A stretch of 59,698 nt of DNA, the filler included, from Squatina squatina (taxonomy: Eukaryota): the NCBI GenBank assembly GCA_031763465.1. It is 3 parts of 3 records of this genome, joined end to end, with 100 filler letters (N's around TTAATTAATTAA, not from the genome) between each part and the next. Parts side by side here need not be neighbours in the genome. Positions count along the whole stretch, not along the records: positions 46,469 to 59,698 come from JARFOE010000176.1; 2 more parts are not named here. One strand, written 5' to 3'. A program made the translations under genes and the position numbers. The notes under the pieces are model-generated. The model worked only from the letters and a program-made list of their open reading frames with translations, had not been told where the DNA came from and made no database searches. Positions 50,076-59,698 of this stretch are shown here, in pieces. The stretch's first letter is position 1; the number at the start of each line of letters is the position of its first letter.

Positions 50076-52139
50076 ATGCATTAAGGATCGGGCTTGGATG
50101 GTTAAATAGCCTGCCAGCATATAGTGTCTCAGCTCAGACTTGAGAAGTGCTATTTTTGGGGAGGTGGGAAAGTGCAGCCTCACGTCACAAAACAACCAGA
50201 TCCAGAATAGTGATCATTCTGTCCATTTTAACCAGCCCATGTGTTCAGGTTCTGTATCACATGCCCAAGAATACACAATGACAAATTGCCACACATCCTG
50301 GGCCAATTAAACTAAGGTACCGTTAAGTTTCAAAGTATCTTAGGCCTAAATTACGAAAGTCACTTTCTGCAGATTTGGAACCTGATACTGAAACAAATCC
50401 AGAATAACAGTGCAAATCCAATATAACTTGAGTATCACCGGGGCAGCACGATTTAACTTCTAAAATGAGGAGATATGGTTTCCATCGTCACATTTACTGA
50501 GAGACACAGAGAAATCAGATCCAGTTATTCACCCTTCCTGTGTTAGAATTTCTAATGAGAGCATTAAATAAGGTTACCCAGGGGTAATTGAAGGGCACAT
50601 AAAAGACACTGAAATGAGGGATCAAATTTCCAAAAAGCTTAACTGCCTGTGGGCTGCAGTGGTTCATGTCATTAGCAGCGCTGCTCTGCTATAAACTTAT
50701 CACCCCTCTTTCTTACTGTGAAACATTTTTACTGCCTGTTTAATGGTGCCTTTAATATCTAAACATGAAGAAGGTAACTACAGCTCCGTAAAATTTAACA
50801 TTAAAGGAGCTGTGTGCTTTAATTTTACCCTGAAACCATTAGGACCTTGTTTAAAAATCAGCCAGTTTCTTAAAAAAACGAGCATAACTTTTACATCACT
50901 TTGATACATTTCAGTTTTTAAAAAAAATTATTTTTGTTTTTCCACAGTGAATGTTGATGACATCTTAGCAGAAAGGGGAAATGGGTTGGGCAGGATGAAA
51001 AATTCAGTCAGCTTTCATTAGAACAGAGGCGATTCNNNNNNNNNNNNNNNNNNNNNNNNNNNNNNNNNNNNNNNNNNNNNNNNNNNNNNNNNNNNNNNNN
51101 NNNNNNNNNNNNNNNNNNNNNNNNNNNNNNNNNNNCAATTAGGAAATTTGTGTCAGATTATTATTGATATACAAACTATAAAAGAACTGGAGAATATTTT
51201 CCACTTCTTGCGCACAGAACAAATTCAGCTGGCCTCAAATAATATTAGTATTAAAATGTCCTTAAATCTTCAGTCATAATACTGTTGCTCTTTTCATGAA
51301 ACTGGAACATAACTATTTTTTCATGTGTTGTGTTATATTAACTCATGATAACACTAACATCCTTATGACACACAGAAAATGTATGAGAGCACTTATAGGA
51401 TGCGCTGTTTACATGTTGTGATTATGTGTTTGCTGTTGCTTTGTATTATTGACTTAAGTTTTGTTTGCAGTTAAGCTTTCTAATGACAGGCTTCAAGTGC
51501 ATGTTTTTTCCCCCAGGCCTTTTATAGGTCCACAAAAAGTGTCCTATGTCAATGCTCACATTAAGCCAGACAATACGATATAATCCATAATATATTATTA
51601 CATAATGAAAGAAGTGTTACATCACGTACTGCACAATGTATTATTCAGTGACTGCAGTCTTGTAAAGCACATTGCATTTTATATAATGACAGGTGTTATG
51701 CCAGGTAACACCCAAGGAACCATTACATATGAGAGGAGCATTGGGATTTGCGCTCAACTTATTTGCCATTCTATTTGTTTATTGCTGCCTCACACTGATT
51801 AGATGTAGTGAGCGACAGGTTAATTAACACCTCTAAGTTTCTTTCAACCTCCCCCTCTGGCAAGTTCGATCCCACCCATGGAGTGTGTATGGCTCTTGCG
51901 TATCAGTTGAGTTTAAATTCCCAGAGGCCATGCTGAAACTGGTCAGACTGCACATAAATAACTGTGCGCATTTTTGGTCGCTATGACTTAAGTGGTCCAT
52001 CTAGGATCTAGATGCAGTGCAAAGAAGAACACAAAGTTGATTCCCATTAGCAGAGGAAAGAGCGATAAGAAATAAATTGATAAGCTAAAGCTTTTCATTC
52101 TCAAAAATTGGGAACCACATAGAGCTTATTTGGTAATGT

Positions 52140-52285
52140 GTTCATTTGCTTTTTGTGGGACCTTGCTGTGTGCAAATTGGCTGCCGCCAAAACAGTGACT
52201 GGACTTCTAAAGTAATCCATTAGCTGTGAAACATTTTGGAACATCTAGTGGTTGTGATAAGGTGCTACACAAATGCAAGTTCTTT
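52140..52285 (+). mobile_element. Deu-domain SINE 3' part with L2-like tail
   Basis: TTTGTGGGACCTTGCTGTGTGCAAATTGGCTGCC...ACAGTGACT..ACTTC.AAAGTA...AAGGTGCTA.A.AAATGCAAGTTCTTT. Confidence 0.65.
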
Positions 52286-53407
52286 TATAACATGCTTAAC
52301 AGGATAGAGCAAGTACTCTTGATATAATATTTTTAGTTATACTAGGACAGCTGAACAAGTACAGGGTGGCAATTGGAAAATTTAGGACAGATATCGTGAA
52401 GTATTTCATTACACCGAGGGTGATAAACAACTGGAAGAGCTGGCAGCAAGAGAATTTGAGGCCAGGACTCTTGATTCAATGAAGGAACAGCTAGTTTCTG
52501 TAATGGAAAGATGGTAGGATTGATATTCTGCCAGGAGGAGATCAAACGGTATGAAGAGCTGCTTGCATCTAAATCCATCTTGCGATCTTGTAGATGTAAC
52601 GTGCACACAGTGCTCCGTAAGCTGGACTTAGACAAGAACTCCAACAAACCCAGTAGAAAATAAGATGCAAACAAAGATATGCTGCGTTCTTTGAGGAAAT
52701 TATTATGTAATTCAATGGACATCCTCCTCTAAATTCCCAGCAACATTCATATTCTGCGAATAAGGAATGGTGAGAGAGCGTATTAGACATGCGTGCGATG
52801 GAACACAACTGACTGAAGCTGTCTCTTTCTTTCACTGATTCAGGAAATGACTGTCAGATGCAATCCCTGAATAGTGGTAATGCCTATTTGAACTCTTCTG
52901 GGGCACTTATCCAAACACGGTTTGTTTATTCTCTTCTTGTCTATCATTGATATTCTCTGATGCATTATGATAATAGATTTTTGGCATCAGCTACGCCCAT
53001 CATAACAGCAAGCTCCCATCTATGAGGTGATGCATTGAAATAGTTCCAGTAGTTCGGTAGGCCATAAGTGCCCTGGAGTAGATAAATACTGAGTAAAATT
53101 CAAAACAACTACATAACTAATTTGAGCACCTATATTCATTCCTGATTCACCCAAATTCATTTCCTGGAGGAACATGCTTAACCTATTTTGCCTTGTGCAC
53201 TTTATATTGAGGGAGTTGCTTGCTAAGATTTGGTTGTTGTTCTGCTAATGATTTTTGTGCATCAGACGTACGAAACACAATTTTATAAAAAGGTTTCTCC
53301 TGTTCTTTGTCCTAAATTTCTTTATAGTTAGTCTTTTATCTATGTCCCCTCCTTCTAGACCCCCTCAGCTATTGGAAACAGTCTATTTCTATCTACACTG
53401 TACCATC

Positions 53408-53564
53408 CAACGTTCCCCCTAAGGTGCGTGACCACACACCGATCGGGAGGTCCCGCACGGGCTGCTCACCAGCTCTTGCCGCTGGAAAAGATACCATGCA
53501 TGCATGGCTGTGCAGCAAGTTTAAAGGGACCGCGTACAGGAAAAGAAAATTAGAGGGAACATTA
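53408..53564. mobile_element. 157-bp hAT-type MITE nested in a CR1 fragment (CR1 at ~53280-53660, minus strand)
   Basis: Left TIR CAACGTTCCCCCTAA; reverse complement of right TIR is TAATGTTCCCTCTAA. 8-bp target duplication GTACCATC (53400-53407) / GTCCCATC (53565-53572). Confidence 0.8.
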
Positions 53565-55550
53565 GTCCCATCCCTTCATAATTTCAATCACCTCTATCAA
53601 ATCAGCCATTAATCTCGTCCGCTCTAATGAATGGTGACGAAGACATCTATCAGGGCTTCNNNNNNNNNNNNNNNNNNNNNNNNNNNNNNNNNNNNNNNNN
53701 NNNNNNNNNNNNNNNNNNNNNNNNNNNNNNNNNNNNNNNNNNNNNNNNNNNNNNNNNNNTAAGTCCCACCTAAATACAGTACCATGCGCAGTAGCAACAC
53801 AAACATGGTTGTTGGTAGTGAAGACCTTTCTGGCTGTTGATGGCTCAGCCTGGCCAAACAGGCCAATGAAGTGGTGTTTCACTCGTGGCCCATTTGTACA
53901 TCCCCAACAACTGGGGAAAGTATGGTGGCCAGAAGTAAAGCTGTAGACTGGAACATAAAAGTTTCTTAGTAGTTCTTGAAGCAATATAAGTAGAGCATAA
54001 GATTTCATTTGAAGAGACTGGTGGGTGGTAATATACCCCGCTGAATACTATGTTTTAGTAATACACAATCAGTGCTATTAAAACTCAGACAGTCTATATT
54101 ATTTGTAAGACTCATGTTTAGGGGGTTTTGAAATTTTAATTTACTCCCACAAGCCTACCAATCCCCTTGCGTGTGCTCTACCTTCAGGCAGCCTTGGATG
54201 ATTCATTACCATATAATGACTCTGTTGGATTTGCCAGTACAATCTGGAACGTGGTAGCTCCCGTGTCGAACTACCAGCAGTGTCTCATCTTGAAAGAAAG
54301 TGACAAAGTGTTTGGAATTTACTAAGTAATTAGCAGGTAACACTGCCCAGAGGAGTACAAGCTGAAACATTTAAAAAATGATGGTTTAAGAGAGTTGGCA
54401 ATCAAAGTCGTTTTATGACAAATATAGAAGAAAACTTTAATCAGCTTTACTTTTGTAAGAATAGGTCTTTGAAATAGCATCCATTTGTTTAAATATTATG
54501 TATAAAGGAAGGNNNNNNNNNNNNNNNNNNNNNNNNNNNNNNNNNNNNNNNNNNNNNNNNNNNNNNNNNNNNNNNNNNNNNNNNNNNNNNNNNNNNNNNN
54601 NNNNNNNNNNNNNNNNNNNNNNNNNNNNNNNNNNNNNNNNNNNNNNNNNNNNNNNNNNNNNNNNNNNNNNNNNNNNNNNNNNNNNNNNNNNNNNNNNNNN
54701 NNNNNNNNNNNNNNNNNNNNNNNNNNNNNNNNNNNNNNNNNNNNNNNNNNNNNNNNNNNNNNNNNNNNNNNNNNNNNNNNNNNNNNNNNNNNNNNNNNNN
54801 NNNNNNNNNNNNNNNNNNNNNNNNNNNNNNNNNNNNNNNNNNNNNNNNNNNNNNNNNNNNNNNNNNNNNNNNNNNNNNNNNNNNNNNNNNNNNNNNNNNN
54901 NNNNNNNNNNNNNNNNNNNNNNNNNNNNNNNNNNNNNNNNNNNNNNNNNNNNNNNNNNNNNNNNNNNNNNNNNNNNNNNNNNNNNNNNNNNNNNNNNNNN
55001 NNNNNNNNNNNNNNNNNNNNNNNNNNNNNNNNNNNNNNNNNNNNNNNNNNNNNNNNNNNNNNNNNNNNNNNNNNNNNNNNNNNNNNNNNNNNNNNNNNNN
55101 NNNNNNNNNNNNNNNNNNNNNNNNNNNNNNNNNNNNNNNNNNNNNNNNNNNNNNNNNNNNNNNNNNNNNNNNNNNNNNNNNNNNNNNNNNNNNNNNNNNN
55201 NNNNNNNNNNNNNNNNNNNNNNNNNNNNNNNNNNNNNNNNNNNNNNNNNNNNNNNNNNNNNNNNNNNNNNNNNNNNNCTGTAATGATTTGAAGCCTGTTA
55301 AAGTTGTAAATTTCTGTTTGGAAATCTCTCTGATCATGATTCTTCTTTGGTTGGCATTGATAAATTAGGGAAACATGATGCATGCTATTTTTTGACTTAG
55401 TAGTTTTAAGTATGGTAATATCTCCTGTTACAACATACCAACATAAATAAAAGAGGACTAAGTAATTAGGTCAGTTATCTTGGTTGCTAATAGAAAACTG
55501 TTTTATTGACTTGCAACTAAAGATTTATTTTTTTTTAAACTTTTTTTCAG

Positions 55551-55838
55551 ACTACTATCTAATCTTAGATGAGCCAATGAATAATATCACAACCTCGCTT
55601 GGCCAGACTGCAGAGCTGTACTGCAAAGTGTCTGGCAATCCGGCCCCTACTATACGCTGGCTGAAGAACGATGCACCAGTTGTCCAGGAACCACGGAGGA
55701 TATCCTACCGACTGACTAGCTATGGCTCTCGTCTCCGAATACGAAACCTCGATACAACAGACACGGGTTACTTCCAGTGTGTAGCTACAAATGGACTAAA
55801 ATCTGTTTCAACCACTGGCGTGCTTTTTGTCAAATTTG
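55551..55838 (+). CDS. ROR1: ROR1 Ig-domain exon (288 nt; exon 3 equivalent)
   Basis: Acceptor TTTTTTTCAG, donor G|GTAAG. Encodes [43 protein letters not shown]...[24 protein letters not shown]...TGVLFVKF, which is ROR1-type rather than ROR2-type. Confidence 0.96.
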
Positions 55839-55899
55839 GTAAGATCTACATTGAAACGTTGCATTTATAAGGAAATATAATAATATAGTATAATATAAT

Positions 55900-56514
55900 G
55901 CACTTTAAGATGATAATTGAGAAGGGTATAAGTATGATGAAAACCAGGTTAATAGGTTGGAGAAAAGCTGATTTTGAAGGGCTGAGAATAGAACTTGGGA
56001 AAATAAAATGGGCAACAATATTGGCAAACAACGATATAGAACATCAATGGGAAACATTTAAAACAGTGTTCAACAGAGTACAGTGACAATATATTCTGCT
56101 AAAAGGAAAGAACAAACTAAACATTAATGAGACTCCATGGATGAATAAAGCCCTAAGGGAACAATTGAGGGTAAGGAAAGAGGCAGACATTAAGTACATA
56201 GACAGCAGAGGAGTGCATGAAAAGGGAGAATACGAAGAGATTGGGAAAGAAGTCAAAAAAACAATTAGGAAGGCAAAGAAGAACTATGAAATTAAATTAT
56301 CAAGGAACATAAAATAAAATAGTAAAATATTTTACAGGCACATCAATGAAAAAGGAAGGTTGGGTTGGGAACAGGGTCATTAAGGGATAGACAGGATAAT
56401 ACCACAAGTAACGGCAGAAATATTAAATAATTATTTTGCTTCATTATTTACCAGGAAAATAGAAAAGGTGGACATGACATTGGATGATGAGAATAGTAAT
56501 GAGACAAGTGCATT
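55900..56514 (+). mobile_element. CR1-type LINE ORF2 fragment (endonuclease-RT linker)
   Basis: Encodes W.KADFEGLR.EL.KI.W..IL...DIE.QWETFK, a PWMNK motif, and LNNYFAS.FT. Confidence 0.85.
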
Positions 56515-58019
56515 NNNNNNNNNNNNNNNNNNNNNNNNNNNNNNNNNNNNNNNNNNNNNNNNNNNNNNNNNNNNNNNNNNNNNNNNNNNNNNNNNNNNNN
56601 NNNNNNNNNNNNNNTCTTCATTTTGTACAATATTAATATTAAATATACATTTTTATTGCACTACAGATTGGGAAGACTACGTTTACCATGTGGTGGTTTT
56701 GTAAATAAACTTTGAATTTTTAATAGTGACATGGTTGTTGGTTAGTTAACAGGAACACAAATATTCAAACCAACTTTGTAAAATCAACCACGGTTGAAAA
56801 GAAGGGATTAAAAAGGACTTTTTAATGCACCATGTATAATTCATTGGAGCTTCTGATAATCAAAAGTTTATAAAGAATTGAAATCTTTGACCCTAATTCT
56901 CAGGAGGCTGACTGAAATTTTTCAGGAGTTTCCACTGATGATAGATGAGCTGCAGGCTTTGTTGAAATACATTTGTGCAGCTTATGCATCAAAGGACTCT
57001 ATTCTTGGCAATTCTCTAGTACATTCCAATTAATGAGCTTATAATCGAGAACACTGGGCTCTTAGATCTGAGCTAAATATATCACTGGGAAAAAGAATCA
57101 AATATATTCTGTTTTGAAAGACACACATTACCTTTGTTGATCAGGGACTATTGATTCTAACCATCCCCTAGGTTAGAGTAGATTACACATGGTCTATGGA
57201 AGGAGCGAGTTTGCAGGGNNNNNNNNNNNNNNNNNNNNNNNNNNNNNNNNNNNNNNNNNNNNNNNNNNNNNNNNNNNNNNNNNNNNNNNNNNNNNNNNNN
57301 NNNNNNNNNNNNNNNNNNNNNNNNNNNNNNNNNNNNNNNNNNCATTTTTAATGTATTTTGCAGGTTTACCTCTAATGTTACTTCAGTTTCCCTGGCTCCA
57401 ATCTCCAGCCTTGTTGCAACAGTATTTCAAGTATCTCAACCTGGCACTCTATGCTTTATCCTGACTGATGCTTCAGGCCTGTTTGGATGGATGGTATTAA
57501 CAGTTCTCCCTAATTAACCTTGGATGTATCCAAACGCCTCCATACTATTCATTTATTTAATATGCAGTAAAAAAAAAGGTTGCTGCAATTCATGCCCACT
57601 CTCAAAAGTAATGTCGTGTAGAAGGTGACTCAAAAATAACTAACCAGCCAAACTGGGANNNNNNNNNNCAGTACATTCAGGCAGACCATGCATGTGTGTC
57701 CTGCAATATCAGTAGTGTTTGATATGAGCCAGGTTCACCGTCTCTAATTGTATGTTTTAATTTGGGATAGCTAAAGATTCAGAACAAGTGTGAATTAGTA
57801 CCTGTTATGTTACCGATGCAATCCAATGTAAGCATTTACAGAATCCTTTATTTGGGTTCCAGTTAAAACCCACAATCTCTCAATCTCCAGGCGTTTTGAC
57901 TCTCGAAAAATCTATGCTGTCAGGCATCTGTACTTTTTGACAGTACTGTGCATTTCTTTAGTAAATGACTGTACTCCAGAGGGCTTTGCTGATAAATTGA
58001 TGTTCCTTGTGGAACGGTG

Positions 58020-58215
58020 TCATGCAGACCAGCCTTTGATCTGGTTTATGCTTGGCTAGCTGATCTAAACCAGGGTGACGGCAGAGTGTTGCAATTAGTC
58101 TCAGCACCTCCTGGGCTAAGAGAAGGAGAAAAAAATCAGCTAGGGTTCCTGCTCCTTATTGTCATCCAGTGACCCCTGCTAGAAAGTGTGCATTTATGGG
58201 TGTCTGATGAGACCA
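58020..58215 (+). mobile_element. dispersed SINE-like repeat, same family as 49890-50075
   Basis: Collinear similarity with the 49890 copy. Confidence 0.6.
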
Positions 58216-58996
58216 CATTCACATTGTTGAATACATAGCTGACATTCATCCTCTAGCCCCATACACAATAAACAATCACTTGGGCAAGGTATTGGAGGTC
58301 ATATGTGCAACTATGCCCCAGCATTTAAGTGCCTTCAGGAGAGAACGGGAAAAAGATGGAGAAAGATTTTTTTTTTAAAACAAAAAAGGCAACTGAACCC
58401 ATAATGGCCCCTCCTTCCACAGATGGTGTACAATGAATTTCTTCAATACCCCAAAAATAGTTGTGGAAAACCTCTGAATATTTATCGATGCTTATACCTC
58501 CATTATTCAGCCCTGGTTTGGTTGCTTTCCACAGACAGTCCAAACATAATTGAGTCATTCTGATGCATAGAGTATTTGCTTATTTCTGTGAATCATTGTC
58601 CTTATGATATCAGACTGTGTGCCCTGAAAGAGAAGCCTGTGTCAATGCCAGCAATCAGTTGCTATGCCTACATTTTCACAGCACTGTAATGCTTTTTATT
58701 TATTTTTGAGNNNNNNNNNNNNNNNNNNNNNNNNNNNNNNNNNNNNNNNNNNNNNNNNNNNNNNNNNNNNNNNNNNNNNNNNNNNNNNNNNNNNNNNNNN
58801 NNNNNNNNNNCCTCGAAGAAATATGTGTTAATGCAATTAGTAAAGAATCTCCTTAATTTTGATTTTTCCATAAACTTGAGTTGAGGTCTGGTGGAGTCAG
58901 GCTGTTGTATTTAATATAATTACTGTTACTGATTTGGAAAATTGAAACGATTTAAAGCACTAAGCAAGTTAATAATCTTGTTCGTTTACCCTGTAG

Positions 58997-59314
58997 CTGC
59001 TTTCACGATGATTGGAACCTCAAATCACCTAACAGACCGTTGTTCCCAGTTTGCCATCCCCTCACTGTGCCACTTTGCTTTCCCTTACTGCGACGATACC
59101 TCGTCGATACCCAAACCTCGTGACCTTTGCAGAGATGAGTGTGAGATCCTGGAAAATGACCTGTGCAAGACTGAATATATCTTTGCCAGATCAAATCCTT
59201 TGATCCTAATGAGATTGAAGCTGCCAAACTGTGAAGATCTCCCCATGCCAGACAGTCCTGAGGCAGCAAACTGCATGCGCATCGGAATTCCTATGGCAGA
59301 ACCTATCAATAAGA
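58997..59314 (+). CDS. ROR1: ROR1 Frizzled/CRD exon (318 nt; exon 6 equivalent)
   Basis: Acceptor TACCCTGTAG, donor A|GTAAGT. Encodes [92 protein letters not shown]. Confidence 0.96.
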
Positions 59315-59698
59315 GTAAGTAATGACGCGAACCTCGACTGAAATAGAGTATTGGCCAGTTCTACAGTATTGAGAAGTTTCTGTGGAATTGTTTTTACCCC
59401 CTCCAATTTTCTCCCTTAACTCCTCCTTTTCTGAAGGCAGCACCTGGTGCCGGGGCTAATTCCATGAGTGTTGGTAATTATGTCATTCAAGCGATCAGTG
59501 TTATGCCAACAGAACTGTTCCACCATGGGGGCCGTAACCTGCGCCTGACCCTGTTGGATGTATGGACATCAGACATACTACCAGCAGTGGCATTGCAATC
59601 AGGAGCAGGGATCCTGATTGATTGATTTCTTTCCCCTCATCTCTAACCCAGGGGTGTTGAAGCCAGTAATAATGTCCCTACTACTGCCCAAGCTGAGA

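Overview
Eukaryotic (vertebrate) genomic DNA, most likely from a cartilaginous fish (shark-like). That assignment is an inference from the CR1/L2/Penelope/Deu-SINE repeat landscape and a GPR139-like receptor of a family expanded in chondrichthyans. The window is not one locus. It is three pieces joined by artificial 100-bp linkers (N44-TTAATTAATTAA-N44 at 29665-29764 and 46369-46468). Piece 1 (1-29664, many 100-N gaps) carries five minus-strand exons of ADCY2 and, upstream on the same strand, five exons of TENT4A (PAPD7) including the stop-codon exon; this is the same order and orientation as in mammals. Piece 2 (29765-46368, gap-free, repeat-rich) holds a two-exon GPR139/GPR142-like GPCR with a frameshift, plus several minisatellites. 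Piece 3 (46469-59698) holds the Ig-domain exon and one Frizzled/CRD exon of ROR1. The rest is intronic or intergenic DNA with transposon remnants: CR1, L2, RTE, Penelope, Gypsy integrase, Harbinger, a hAT MITE, SINEs and a degraded retroviral env-like segment with a polypurine tract. I found no convincing evidence of a wholly new biological system. The best leads are the env-like remnant, the frameshifted lineage-expanded GPCR, a promoter-like cassette repeated on two scaffolds, and an apparent extra 5' non-coding exon architecture for ADCY2. Comparisons with human genes are from memory, not from alignments run here.
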